NCBI GenBank assembly: GCA_951406725.2
Contig: OX597819.1
Coordinates: forward strand, 119,970,001-120,034,000
Length of the DNA: 64,000 nucleotides
Source of the DNA: Octopus vulgaris
Lineage: Eukaryota
Direction of reading: 5' to 3'
Shown here: piece by piece, positions 12,033-25,619 of the stretch
Layout: each line of letters starts with the position of its first letter
How positions within the stretch are numbered: the stretch's first letter is position 1
Made by a program: the position numbers and the translations under genes
Notes under the pieces: model-generated
What the model was told of the DNA's origin: nothing
What the model saw: the letters and a program-made list of their open reading frames with translations, nothing else
Databases searched by the model: none

Positions 12033-12814
12033 CTGAAAAAAAATGAATAAAGATTCCGTCTTATCACTGCAACTTTACGAGAAGGAGTTCCAGTTAACCT
12101 AGTATCGTGATTTCGAAGATAATGGCAAAAGCACTTGATTCACTTGAGCCAAGTCTACTCATAACAATGCCTATATTTCACTTCAATCAACGGCTATGTT
12201 CGTTCCAAAGACCAAGGTGAATTGAGAAAACGAACTAAGTGAATTAATATATAAATATATAAAGAACAATGTTAGAGGACGCCCGCTTAAAACCATGCCT
12301 GTAAAAATTTACTGTTAACTCTTTTCGCTGCTGAGTATTTTTGATTCCTGATTTTAGCAAGCTGGTGCTTCTTACAGTCCCTGTTATGTATAATGCTTAT
12401 ATACATTTGTTAACATTGCCTGTACGGTTTTAAGCTTGCAGCCACTAATATTGTTATCTCTCATGAGTAATAATGTTCTATACATATATATATATACGTA
12501 CGTGGGAGTGGGGGCGCGCATGTGTAGGTATGGTCATGCGCGCTTACGCGAATACTATGAGGATTTTTAGCCCCTTTACTTTTACTCTCTCCCATCACTT
12601 AGCGGTCATTCAAATAGCTCTTTTGTCTTAATAACGGTCAATCACACAGTAATTTCCTCTTGTTTAACAGTCATTTTCATAGCATTTTTTCCGATGGCCG
12701 GATAACTGAAGAGATGGCGGCGTGGGGTTCCACCCCGACATCCGACACTCACAGTTTATAATTGTCACATATTATATTTATAGATAAATTCCGCTGTCAC
12801 TGTGTCCCCTTCTT

Positions 12815-12877
<63 letters not shown>

Positions 12878-14778
12878 AGCGCACATCATATTACGAATCT
12901 CGATGAAAACATCATTTGCTTCATTATTCCAATTTTATACTTAATGCGAGAAGCTACATCCGCGATAACACCTTTATGCAATCATACAACACGCCAGATA
13001 AACCGGCTCATCTATTGATAATAGAACGTAGAATTTTTGAGGATGGCAGCCACGGTGATGGTACCATTGAAAACTGACATATGGGATAGAAAATGTTGTG
13101 GTAATTATTAGGATAGTCAACACAACAGTATCCATATCTGTTCTGTACAAATGCGTTTGTGATTGAGAAATATTATAAGTGCACGTATATAGGTAGAATG
13201 CCGTTGGTAAAGGTATTCCTTAAACATGCGCGCACACCAACCCTGATCTTACATACATAAGACACACTTGACACACATATAAGTACCTACATACACACAT
13301 GCATTAACACACACAACACTTACATTTTTTTTTAAATTACATATTAATATAGTCGTCCAGTGCTAATTAAAAGTTAAACTGCATGACAAAATAGTATCAT
13401 ATAAAAGTCCATTTGTGTTTCCCTAAATATATCGCATATCTACCTTTTGTTATGAAATACGAGTATCCCTATGAAATACATATTACGTTTTACTACACTC
13501 TCTTCGATATTTGTGTTGTAGTGAATTCAAAGCATACTTTCAGCTGGCGTGAAGTTACTCATCTTCATAATTTTTATCAATGTTCCGATTTTGGTTTATC
13601 ACTTCTCTTAGATATTGGTTAAAAATTTTCGCACAATGCCGGAAATTGCCGACTCTTTAGGTTCTGAGTTCAAATAACGCCGAGGTTAACGATGGCTTTT
13701 TGGTTGATAAGATAGAATACAACTCAAGTACTGAATTCAATGCAATGGAATTTCTCTGTTACTTCGAAATTTCTGACCTTGAACCCTGCAACGGACCAGC
13801 GTTCCGTTCTGAGGACTGTTGGAATGTCGGGCACTCTTATACTATGAGAATCGGATAACCGGCCTTATGAGTCCATGAGCTCAAAGAACCAAAATACTTT
13901 GTGTAGAAAGTAATATTTGAGAGATTGATATCAATACCGTCCTCAGAATACCGTTAACGAAACAAGAACATCAGTATTAATGGAATTCGACTCAAGCTAG
14001 GGCTGAAACTGCATTGCAGACTTCGACTGCATGTAATATATTGTTTACACTCGGGAGCATGCCACGTGTTTCTGCGCGATATTGAAAATATAATAAAATT
14101 AAAAGCCGATTAAGAATGAAATTCGTCGATTTATGCAAACATTTTCAGGGTTTGGTGTGAAAGTTATCAATATAATATCTGCAATCACACCTTCCCAATG
14201 TAAGATAAACATGTATATACCTCCAGGTTTATGACGAATAAATTCTGCGCATGCGCTTGCTGTAGGATAATTAGATTAATAGATGCATTTCCACCTGATA
14301 TAATCCATAGAGTGAGATCACAAGAACTGCTGGCAGAAAGCGAATATATCGAAATAAAAATCCATTGGGTGTTGTTATGTTTTCTTATTTTTCGCAGTAT
14401 TAATAGATTTATAATAGATTTGAAAAATCAATATTGACACATTAGCGAAAACAATGGCATAAACATGTTACACACGCACGCACACACACAAATACACGCA
14501 CACACACACACGCATGCACACACGCATACACACACATACACGCACACATATATAAACATTGGTACGTGCATGCAAGTATACATATTCAAGTTTGCGTGCA
14601 TATATACGCTCATATGCACTTGCAAGCGCATACGCGTATTCCAGATGAGAGGCAGAGAACGAAATTTACATGAATATATATATATGTACATATATATGTA
14701 TAAATATAAATATATATTCACATACAAACACACACATGCACACACCCACGTACAATTGTATACACACACACACACACA

Positions 14779-14830
<52 letters not shown>

Positions 14831-15489
14831 CAAACACACAAACTGACACTCACAACCATATACGAGCGCACATATACACACACACATGTATATATATATA
14901 TATCATATACTTATATTATAATATTGCATATTATACTATATAGGGTCATAATGTGAAGTGAGCGAAAGATTGATCGTGGTTGGAAAGCTTTTAAAAAGTA
15001 TGAATATTAGGAAAAATAAAGTGAATGCATCACCCATTGTTTAAAACTTTTCATGCTATGGAATAGCAAGTTTACTTGCCGTTCAAAGCAGAAAATTCTT
15101 TATAACGCAATTAAGCCTTTAAGTAATTTCATACGGTTAAATCGTAAAACTAATCACAACCAAATCTCTCGGCAGAATCTGAATTTCCTATCTTTATACC
15201 CAAAATCTGGCCTAAATGTCGACCCTTCTTTTCATAGCTCAAACTCTTTCAATGAAGTTCTTTTTTTTTTTTTTGCATGCGCAAAGAAATTCAACTCGAT
15301 AATTTTCTATTCCCGAAAAAAAAAAAAAAGTTGCCGTTTCGTAGGATATCGTGTTGAAAAATAGAATTTTTTTTTTTTTGTCTTAGAAACACAAATGAAT
15401 AACGAAGCTATTGAATGGTGTTATCGTGAGTATAGTGATTGTAGTACGGCGTACGCTACTCACATACCTGAAATACTCGTTTCTACTTT

Positions 15490-16095
15490 AGGCACATGGC
15501 TCGAAATTTTGGGGAAGGGGACCACTCGATTAGATCGACTCCAGTACGATCGACCCCGAAAGGATGAAAAGGCAAATTCGATCTCTGTGAAATTTGAACT
15601 CAGAATGTAAAGCCAGACGAAATACCAATTTCTTTACTACCCACAAGGGGCTAAACACAGAGGGGACAAACAAGGACAGACAAACTGATTAAGTCGATTA
15701 CATCGACCCCAGTGCGTAAATGGTACTTAATTTATCGATCCCGAAAGGATGAAAGGCAAAGTCGACCTCGGCGAAATTTGAACTCAGAACTTAAATACAG
15801 GCGAAATACCTATTTCTTTACCACCCACAAGGAGCTAAACACAGAGGGGACAAACGGATTAAGTCGATTATATCTCTTTCTTTACTACCCACAAGGGGCT
15901 AAACACAGAGAGGACAAACAAGGACAGACAAATTATATCGACTTCAGTGCATAACTGGTACTTAATTTATCGACCCCGAAAGGATGAAAGGCAAAGTCGA
16001 CTTCGGCGGAATTTGAACCCAGTACGTAACGGCAGACGAAATACAGCTACACATTTCGCCCGACTTGCTAACGTTTCTGCCAGCTCGCCTCCTTA
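15490..16095 (-). mobile_element. Stacked partial SINE family B copies
   Basis: The tail tttcttta(c)yacccacaagg recurs at ~15628, 15811 and 15876. The head ends at ~16092. Confidence 0.85.
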
Positions 16096-16231
16096 CCTGG
16101 AATATTGCCACGCCCTTAGGTGTCTTCAGTGTAAGTTTAGCACGATCTATAGCATAGGCTGTCGTCCAAGTAGTAGCACAGGAAACGGTCAATCACTGAT
16201 CGACTTGTAGATTTTATCAAAATAGGCATAG

Positions 16232-16625
16232 GAATGGCAGTGTGGTAAGTAGCTTGCTTACGAACCACCTGGTTCCGGGTTCAGTCCCACTGCGTGACAC
16301 CTTGGGCAAGTGTCTTCTACTATAGCCTCGAGCCAACCAAAGCCTTGTGTGAGGATTTGGTAGACGGAAACTGAAAGGAACTCGTCGTATATATGTGTAT
16401 GTGTATGTGTGTGTTTGTGTGTGCGCGTGTGTTTGTCCCCCAACATCGCTTGATAACCGACGCTGGTGTGTTTACGTCTCCGCAACTTAGCGGTTCGGCA
16501 AAAGAGACAGATAGAATAAGTACTAGGCCTACAAAGAATAAGTCCTGGGGTCGATTTGCTCGACTAAAGGCGGTGCTCCAGCATGGCCACAATCACATGA
16601 CTGAAATAAATTAAAAGAGTAAAAG
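16232..16625 (+). mobile_element. SINE family A, full length
   Basis: Runs from the head through the tail ggcggtgctccagcatggccac...gactgaaa. Confidence 0.9.
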
Positions 16626-17105
16626 CGTAAGAGCGGGAAAAATTTGAATTGGCAGCCATGACAAATTTACGACTTCGAATTAACACCATGGTGACTTTGC
16701 GTTGGAATACATTCATATATAGTACCAGTTTAGATCTTCTATTTGTGCCAGACTATGCTAGCGATGTACTCAAAAAGTAGATGAAATCCAATGGAGCCTC
16801 AATATACTATGACTGACGTAACCCATCGTCATAGTTTTATTGCCAAAGTAAGATCCGCTTATAATGTCACTTTATTGTGATCATGTGGTGTATAACGAAT
16901 TGGCATCGGTTATCGTTCACTTATGCCCGGAAGGAAAGGAAATGGAAAAGACGCGTGCATGTTTATATCGGGATGTGGAATTATTGGGTATTGGTACATA
17001 TATGGATAGGTTCGTGTCTGTGCGTTTAAATGCATATTTATATGTGTATATAATTAGATGTATACATGCATGTATACATCTATTTGCACGCTTGTACCTA
17101 TATGT

Positions 17106-17169
<64 letters not shown>

Positions 17170-17248
17170 ATATATACATACACAAACACACAGACAAACA
17201 CGCACTAACAAACACACACACACACACACAAATATGTACACACACACT

Positions 17249-17274
<26 letters not shown>

Positions 17275-17280
<6 letters not shown>

Positions 17281-17434
17281 TACGACAGGCTTCTTTCTGT
17301 TTCCGTCTACCAAATCCACTCACAAGGCATTGGTCGGCCCGGGGCTATAGCAGAAGACACTTGCCCAAGATGCTACGCAGTGGGACTGAACCCGGAACCA
17401 TGTGGCTGGTTAGCATTACCACACAGCCACTCCT

Positions 17435-17437
<3 letters not shown>
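17275..17437 (-). mobile_element. SINE family A 5' half
   Basis: Matches the family A head and CORE-like block on the minus strand. Confidence 0.85.
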
Positions 17438-17497
<60 letters not shown>

Positions 17498-17638
17498 ACA
17501 TTTATATGTATGTGTGTGTGCGTGTGAATATCATACATTCACTGCACGCGTACACTCAGCTATGAACACAGATGATAGAGTTATAAATAGATGGATAGAT
17601 ACATAACAAGATAAACACACATGCTTTAATACACGCTC

Positions 17639-17639
<1 letters not shown>

Positions 17640-17671
<32 letters not shown>

Positions 17672-17865
17672 CACATACATACATACATACATACATACAT
17701 GCATACATACATGCATACATACATACACACATACATACATACATACATACATACATAAATGCATACATACATGCATACATACATACATACATGCATACAT
17801 ACATACACACATACATACATACACACATACATACAGACATACGTAAATACATACATACATACATA
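17640..17865. repeat. (TACA)n microsatellite
   Basis: Direct reading. Confidence 0.95.
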
Positions 17866-18767
17866 TCAGACTCTACTGCCAGATTCGGAAGCCCGATTTA
17901 TTGCCGTGTAATTTGGACAAATATCTTTGTTATTGCAAATCAGTTTGGCAATACATCGGTTGCAGATTTGTTTAGATATGTTCACACATGCGCATACATA
18001 CACACACTTATGCCTATGATAATGCGATTGATTTTTTGTCTGTGTTTATGCTATCGTTCTGTATGGTTTACCAAGTTACGTTACACCTAATGTCGTTGCT
18101 TTTATAGTGTTATGATTGTCCTTCATAGAATTATCCAGATGTGCTCCACTAATCAATTTTAGAGTTGGTTTTCGTCCTCTAGCTGTTACCTACGCTTAAA
18201 ACACTCCTTGAAATATCTGCGAGGCTCTCTCTGTAATGATCCTAAATAATGATGCAATTTAACAACTAATAATTCTCACACACGTAAAATAAATACAAAA
18301 GCACATAAGATGAGTATGCAAAAATAGAACAAATGAGAATTATTTAATAATCTATGTATCTAGAATCCATTCTGTGGCAATGATTCACACACTTTTTCAC
18401 TGTAGAAGAACGTTAAGCATATAATCAATGGATATCACAACGGGATAGCAATGCACGTTTATGGACAGGATAGCATATTCTGGGTTCATTATTTGGAGTG
18501 CAATGGGTCAAATGGGCTTGTGAACAAATAATTTAGCTCCGTATTTATAAGCACATTATTACCAAACTGTATACATATATATATACACACAGAGAGAGGG
18601 GAGAAAGAGAGTAGGAGTGAATGGGGAGATAGGGAGATCTACAAGCGTGGCTAAGGGGTGAGAAGTTTACATCCCTATTACTGGGAACTGGGAAAATGTC
18701 TTCTACTATAGCGTGGAGTCGACCAAAGGCTAGTTTGTGGATTTGGTAGACTAAAAGAAACTCGTCG

Positions 18768-18816
<49 letters not shown>

Positions 18817-18820
<4 letters not shown>

Positions 18821-18931
18821 AGAATTCACCAAAAAAAGAAACACAAGACGAAGACAGGTGGTGTTGATAACAAACAGATGTATTATTTTAACGCTCGGGA
18901 AATGAAAAATTCTTTAACGTTTCGAGCCTAC
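18817..18931 (-). mobile_element. Truncated copy of the variant-hammerhead short element
   Basis: The minus strand reads gtaggctcgaaacgttaaaga...cccgagcgtt..taatacatctgtttg...ttctccctatata. Confidence 0.7.
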
Positions 18932-18934
18932 CCA

Positions 18935-19570
18935 CCACAAATTCCAAACCCTCGCCATAGTTTGTGTGGTGTATCATCTGACTATCGAGTGAAAACATCT
19001 AAGATTCAGGTAGGCCTCCGAGCAAACAACGTAAAAATAACCTCAGCACAGCTCTGAAACTGGGCTATTCTGGCGTACAACGAGGAAGTCCGAAATGATT
19101 TCACGACCGACCTCAGAAATCGCTTCGATGCGTTACAAAATCCAAACGAAGATCACACACCAAAAACAACATATCTAAATTTCGTCCAAGATCATTATGA
19201 GGATGCTGAAAAATGCAGCCCTTTGAAACCAAAATTGAAATGGAAGGAAGTAACCAAACAACACAACAGGGATCCTACGGGAATTTATATAGAGAAACTA
19301 AGTCGCTGAAAGAACTTAATGTATTATATCAGACTGAACAGTAAAATGCATTTAAAGTCAAAAACACCGCAGACATCAAAGAGTATTCCTTGGCGTGGCA
19401 GACAGTGAGTGAAGAAATCCTCCAAAGCAAAGATAAAGGCCTCTACCGAACAGGGGAGACTTAGTAGGTGGAAAGACCATTTTCAAAACCTTCTTGGAAA
19501 TCACCGAATACATCAAATCAAGTAAATTCATATTATTGTTGAGGAGACCCTGGATATAAAGCAATACAAG
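18935..19570 (+). pseudogene. Decayed RTE-like LINE ORF fragment (APE end and linker)
   Basis: Read across frameshifts: SDYR..KI..GLRAN, DLRNRFDALQ and WKDHFQNLLG. Confidence 0.55.
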
Positions 19571-19584
19571 GTCTTGCATATCAA

Positions 19585-20850
19585 GCAATATCAAGGAAGT
19601 ATAATATAATATTGAAAGAAAGGGCTTGAAAGTAGTAATGGAGGAACCTAAACAGCGCCTCATTGCAAAGAAAGCAAAGATGGTAATATACGATCAAAGA
19701 ATGAAGAGTTACCACCAGAATAGGTTATTCAGAATAGATCAGAAGAGATTCTATAAAGAAATAAATTGAGAGTGTACAGATAAAAGTTGATACTAGATAA
19801 CATTGAAAGTCAAAGCTTTTGGAGTGACATCTGGAGCAATGACAAGGAGCACAAGAAGATGCTGAATGGTTGAAGGAACTGAAAGTAACAGTAGTCTATC
19901 AAAAACAGGCAGATCTGGTCATTTCAGTTAAGGAACTGAAGGAAATCAGCAAAAAAAATGAGCAAGTGGAAGCCCCTGGAACTAGATGGAGTTCAAAGCT
20001 ACTGGATCAAAAGATTTGATGAATGTCATGCACGAATAGCTGTAGACAATTAGAGGCCGATATCCTGTTTGCCACTTATGTGGAAGTTATAGACTGGAAT
20101 ACTCGCAGAGTCAATGAAGAATATCTCGAAGAAAATGGAGTACTGCCACATGAGCAGAAGGGTTGTAAGCGAAAGTGCAGAGGTACCAAGGATCAACTCC
20201 TGATAGACAAAACTGTACTCAGAGACTGCAAGAAGAGGGAAAGTAATTTAGCCATGTCATGGATCGACAATCGTAAGGCGTACGATATGATCCCACATTC
20301 TTCGATAATGGAATGTAAGAAGCTATTTGGTATTGCATCGAATGTTAAGCGATTGCTTGGTATAGCGAATTGGAAGACAGAGAAGACAGCAAACGGAAGA
20401 TGTTTAGGGACTGCAGAAATTAGGAGGGGCATCTTCCAATGTGACTGCCTGTCCTCACTAAACTTTGTAATGTGCTTGATACCACTACACTGATCCCGAG
20501 GAAAGCAAGAGCTGGGTATGTATTCAAAAGCCGCCAACAAAAAGTCGACCATTTGTTATTCATGGATGATCTCAAACTTTATGGTAAAGATGAAGCCCAA
20601 GTCAGTTCCCTCGTTGATACGGTGTATACCTTCAGCGCTGATATCAAAATAGTGTTCGGATTTAGAAATTGTGGCATTTTAATCTTGAAGAGACACAAAA
20701 TCAAATGTATGGACGGGCTAACGATAACGTCGGGTGAGGTTATGGAGCAGATAGAAGAGACGAGCTATAAATACCTGGGGATTTTGGAAGTGGATAAATT
20801 GACGGAGAAATAAATGACAGAAAAATTTAAGGTAGAGTACTTGCGCAGAC
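19585..20850 (+). pseudogene. Decayed R4/Dong-clade non-LTR retrotransposon RT fragment
   Basis: [51 protein letters not shown](G)DCLS, HLLFMDDLKLY and YKYLGILE, with several frameshifts. Confidence 0.85.
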
Positions 20851-21104
20851 TTGTATTTCTTTCAGTCATTTGACTGCGGTCATGCTGGAGCACCGTCTTT
20901 ACTCGAAGTTATGGGGACCTAAACACACCAGCATCAATTGACTTGTTCTATATTACATGGGAAAATGAAAGTAAATCATATTTCAATGTAAGCACCGGTA
21001 GCATCAATCGCATTCCTCGAACAGCCAGGGACAGAATGATCAACTTTCTAAAGGACGTCGTCTGGGATATCATTGTATTTTTGTTTTAATATATATAAAT
21101 ATAT

Positions 21105-21772
21105 AGGCGTAGGAGTGGTTGTGTGGTACGTAGCTTGATTACCAACCACGGTTCCAGGTTCAGTCCCACTGCGTAGCACCATGAACAAGCGTCTTCTACT
21201 TTAGCCTCGGGCCGACCAAGACCTTGTGAATGGATTTGGTAGACCGAAATTGAAAGAATCCCGTCGTATATATTATGTATATATATATATATATATGGTT
21301 TTGATCTTTGACTTCTGGCCGGAATCAGATCGCCATGTTGATTCGCTAGCTTCTGCACGCATTTTTCTCTCTCCTTGTTTCTCTCCGTGTTTCTTTTCTG
21401 TGTATCTTTCTGTTGAAGAGCGTAGGCTCGAAACGTAAAAGACTTGTTTTATTTATATTCCTGAGCGCCATACTAATACTATTGTTTGTTTGCATTCCAC
21501 CTGCCTTCGTCTTTTGTTTATTTTCATAAAGCTTCCCGTTATATATATATATATATATATGTGTGTTTGTGTTTGTCCACCCAACATCACTTGGCAACCG
21601 ATGCAGATGTGTTTACGTCCCCGTAACTTAGCGGTTCGGCAAAAGAGGGCCGATAGAATAAGTACTAGGCTTACAAAGAATAAGCCCAGGAGTCGATTTG
21701 CTCGACTAAAGGCGGTGCTCCAGCATGGCCACAGTCACATGTCCGAAACAAGTAAATGAGTAAATAGTAAAA
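21105..21772 (+). mobile_element. SINE family A split by a nested insertion
   Basis: 5' half at 21105-21270 and 3' half at 21560-21772, with the hammerhead element in its internal microsatellite. Confidence 0.85.
21405..21442 (+). ncRNA. Variant minimal type I hammerhead ribozyme fold within element 21296-21541
   Basis: Stem I TCTTT/AAAGA, core CTGTTGAA, stem II GAGC-gtag-GCTC, then GAAAC-GT-A. Confidence 0.6.
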
Positions 21773-21785
21773 GAATATATATATA

Positions 21786-22005
21786 CAGAGTTCGCCAAAA
21801 GTCGGCCGACAGTAAGTCAAAATTCCATAAACACTCTCTGTAATTCTGTATTGACACCAATGGAAATATGTGTCGCTCAAGAAGGAAGACTTCAATGTTT
21901 CATGTGTAGATGCTGTTATTAATTTTCTTTCAGTTGTTAAACATAAAATAAATCTTGGAATGAAATGGCTTTGATTTACCGTCAGGTGAATTTTGGCCAA
22001 CCCTG
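21786..22005. mobile_element. Tc1/mariner-type MITE
   Basis: Imperfect ~36-bp TIRs (cagagttcgccaaaagtcggccgacagtaagtcaaa versus the reverse complement cagggttggccaaaattcacctgacggtaaatcaaa), with TA on both sides. Confidence 0.8.
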
Positions 22006-22057
22006 TACATATGCGTGTCTGTGTGTGTTTCTGTATGCATAGTGTATATCTGGATGG

Positions 22058-22356
22058 ATGTATGTATGTATGTATGTATGTATGTATGTCTGTATGTATG
22101 TATGTATGTATGTTTGTATGTATGTATGTGTGTGTGTTTGTATGTATGTATGTATGTATGTATGCATGTATGTATGTATGTATGTACGTACGTACGTATG
22201 TATGTATGTATGTATTTATGTATGTATGTATGTATGTATGTATGAATGTATGTATGTATGTATGTATGTATGTATGTATGTATGTATGTATGTATGTATG
22301 TATGTATGTATGTATGTATGTATGTATGTATGTATGTACGTACGTATGTATGTATG

Positions 22357-22392
<36 letters not shown>

Positions 22393-22430
22393 TGTATGTA
22401 TGTATGTATGTATGTATGTATGTATGTACG
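22058..22430. repeat. (TATG)n microsatellite
   Basis: Direct reading. Confidence 0.95.
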
Positions 22431-22644
22431 CGTATATGTATATACATGCCTCTCATTAAGTCTGTGTTGATTCCCACCACCCACTTTCGTTCGGCAAAAG
22501 CGTCTGATGGCGTAAGCATAAGGCTTCAAATAATAATTGCCAGTGTCGATTCTTTCGTCTCGACTTCTTAAACACGATGCCGCAGCACGTCCGCAATCTA
22601 ATGACCGAAAGTACAAACAGGTAAGAGATACATAACGCGCGTTT

Positions 22645-22690
<46 letters not shown>

Positions 22691-22821
22691 ACACATACAC
22701 ACACACACATACACACGCACAAAGACGCGCGCGCACACATACACATATATGACTAGAACATGTGTACAACAGGTCAAAATGTTGTTTAATGTTTGATATG
22801 TCTATCTTTTCAGGTATTGAA

Positions 22822-23400
22822 ATGGCATTCACTGGAAGAGAAAAGGCGTTTTCTGTATTGGAGTATGCTTGAACACGGTCGAACAAGACTGTACAGCATG
22901 CGTTTGTGAGAGAGTTGTCTAAAAAGTCACCAGCGGCAATGCAGGTTTGGACATGGCACAAAAAATTCAAAGATTAAGGCTGTCTGTGCGGGGCAAAAGG
23001 ATCTGGATGACCACTGACATCGTAAGAGACGGTCGAGCGGTTTGGCCAAAAGATCATGCGAAGCCCCAAGAAGTCCATAAGAAGAGCAAGTCTGGAAACC
23101 CAGATTCCTCCAACGACACTTTGGCGCGTCCTGAGGAAATGCTTGCTAATGAAACCTTACAAGCTGCAGCTCTTTCGGTCCATAATGGCAAATGACAAGC
23201 TAAAGCGCAACCATGGGGCTACGTGAAGGGCCTAGTCAATGTCTCCCCTCTTCCTGCAAACTTAGAGGAACTGGAGTAGAGAATCACAACTGTACTAGAG
23301 ATTGTTACCCAAGACATGCTGCAGCGTACTTGGGAAGAGCTTGACTACCGACATGAGGTGTGCATGTCTTGGGCGGTGCGCATGTTGGACATTTGTGAAA
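22822..23400 (+). pseudogene. Tc1/mariner-superfamily transposase remnant, internally deleted
   Basis: N-terminal HTH-like MAFTGREKAFSVLEYA..., RSPKKSIRRASLET...LRKCLLMKPYKLQL, fused to C-terminal WGYVK...LEEL..RI...MLQRTWEELDYR. The catalytic middle is missing. Confidence 0.8.
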
Positions 23401-23570
23401 TCGTTCATGTAATCCAGATACCTTTGAATTTTTCATTCAAATATGGAGGAATAAATCTTATGCTGCTCATCATTAAGCCTGTTTAGTTTCATTTACTCTT
23501 TGGCTATGTAGTTTCTGTGATATTTACATCTCAAATGATATCAAATTTTTTTAAACACCATATATATATA

Positions 23571-23967
23571 CAAGCAGTATCGCCCGGCGTTGCTCGGGTT
23601 TGTAAGGGAAATAACTATATAAGCATTTTTAGAGATGTAAAGTATAATAGCCATCTCAATATGGCTAACCACAAAGGTGGGGTGTTACTGTAGCTTTTTA
23701 CGTTCTGAGATTTAATAATAATTTTTTAGAGAGTTACGTCCCTTATATATGCCAAAACTGCATTAAAAATGGGACAAATATGATGGTAATTTTTTTTTTA
23801 AATCGTAGACTCATCGTAGATGCGCGCTAATACCCAGAAGGGCTCGATATGAATCACGACAATAAGATACCCGGTTTTGGTTAAACTGCACCGCAAAATG
23901 TGGGAGTAGTTAGGAATCTAAATCGTAGGAGACAGACAGCACACAACCTCACTTTTATATATAAAGA
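23571..23967 (-). mobile_element. Non-autonomous Helitron, copy 1
   Basis: The minus strand starts a|TC(tttatatataaaag...tgtctgtc), has a subterminal hairpin cccgagcaacgccggg, and ends CTTG (a mutated CTAG). Confidence 0.75.
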
Positions 23968-23969
23968 TA

Positions 23970-24483
23970 CTAGCAGTATCGCCCGGCGTTGCTCGGGTTT
24001 GTAAGGGAAATAACTATATAAGCATTTTTAGAGAGTTACTTCCCTATAGATGCCAATTCGGGCTTTCTTAGCCATTTGTGTTTTGGTGTCTTCAAGCCAT
24101 GAAGTCGTTGTTCTAAAAGAACGCTGGTCTCCTTGACAACGCTTTACGACGTTGATTTCCTTACACTCCCTTCCCCACAGCTTCACGAGGGAGGGAAGAA
24201 GGGGGAGAAGCAAACAGGTGCAGGTGTGACCATGGACGCCAACTCCGCCGCCATCGACACACGAAAAATTATGCATTAAAATGGAATAAAAAATGATGTT
24301 AAATTATTTTTTAAATCGTAGACTCATCGTAGACGCGCGCTAATACTCAGACGGGCTCGATATAAATCACGACTATAAGATACCCGAATTTGGTTAAACT
24401 GCACCGCAAAATGTGGGAGTAGTTAGGAATCTAAATCGAAGGGGACAGACACTCACACAACTACAGTTTTATATATATAGAGA
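23970..24483 (-). mobile_element. Non-autonomous Helitron, copy 2 (tandem, longer)
   Basis: a|TC start, the same hairpin, and a CTAG|t end. Both ends are shared with copy 1. Confidence 0.8.
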
Positions 24484-24489
24484 TATATA

Positions 24490-24716
24490 TGTATAGTAAA
24501 TCCCAAACAAGAACGAGAAACACACAAAAAACAGCAACGCAGGGACGTGGTACACGTAAATTATTAGCAGACGCTCAGGGAAGGAAAGAAAGATGGTTTA
24601 ACGTTTGGAGCAACACGCACTTCTTCAGAAACAGCGGAAAGTCCAATAGAATGGAAGACGGAGGAAGAAAAAGCCAACGATTCACATGTGGTAACATTTT
24701 GAAAATGAATTGATAA

Positions 24717-24722
<6 letters not shown>
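24490..24722 (-). mobile_element. (TA)n-flanked element with degenerate hammerhead (24596-24632)
   Basis: The minus strand reads GTTT-CTGAAGAA-GTGC-gtgtt-GCTC-CAAAC-GTT-AAAC (G12 mutated). The downstream cctgagcgt..ctaata resembles the 9.4/21.4 kb family. Confidence 0.55.
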
Positions 24723-24756
<34 letters not shown>

Positions 24757-24992
24757 AATCATTTTGCAAGATTCCTAATGTGAAATCGTGTGTTGAAATA
24801 GATATTATTGTATTTCGGGATGGTCATTTTATTTATTTACTTATTTATTGATTTATTGCCAAATAAACACACGCATTTTTTCTTCACTCGTTTATTAATG
24901 TTATTTGATTATTTCAACGTCTGTCCATTGTCTGCAAATTTTTCGTCACACATCTGTGATCTCCATTCTGCTCTATCTATCTGCATAGCTGA

Positions 24993-25043
<51 letters not shown>

Positions 25044-25619
25044 TATAGACATAGATAGATAGATAGATGTACATAGGCATAAATAAATAGAGGTGGAGAC
25101 ACATATACACAAGTACACACGTATATTCTAATCTCTTCATTCTTCTTTGCCTTTTTATCTTCTTGTATACGACATTGCCTGGGATTGAGCCATCTATTAT
25201 CGCTTACCTTGTACTTAACCCGGCCATATCACAGCAAATCTCACTGCTTGAGACCTTTGTTTAAGGTACATGTCGTATACTTGATTACTTCTCACGCTGA
25301 TGTGTGACCCCTTCCGTGTGTATTTATCTGTTATTGAAATAAATTTCCTTTCGTTTTTCTCTTAATTTATTATAAACATTTCCAGCAACACCCCTTCATA
25401 GCATTATTCAACAATTATTTCCTGAAACATTTAGATTTCTCTTCTGTTCCTTCTAATATATTGTGTCATCCTATAAATAATGCATTTTTTCAATTGCATG
25501 AAATAACAATCGGACGGGGACTGGATAAACTACCTGCATCAACCTGCTATAAAGTAGGTAATAATTCTTAGTGCAAATCTCGAACAGTGCAGTTCGATTT
25601 TAACAATTACTTTTTCAAA

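Noticed and set aside
12700-12760. CTGAAGA + GATG..CATC hairpin + GACAC, hammerhead-like
   Set aside because: GAAA is replaced by GACA, stem I does not pair, and there is only one copy.
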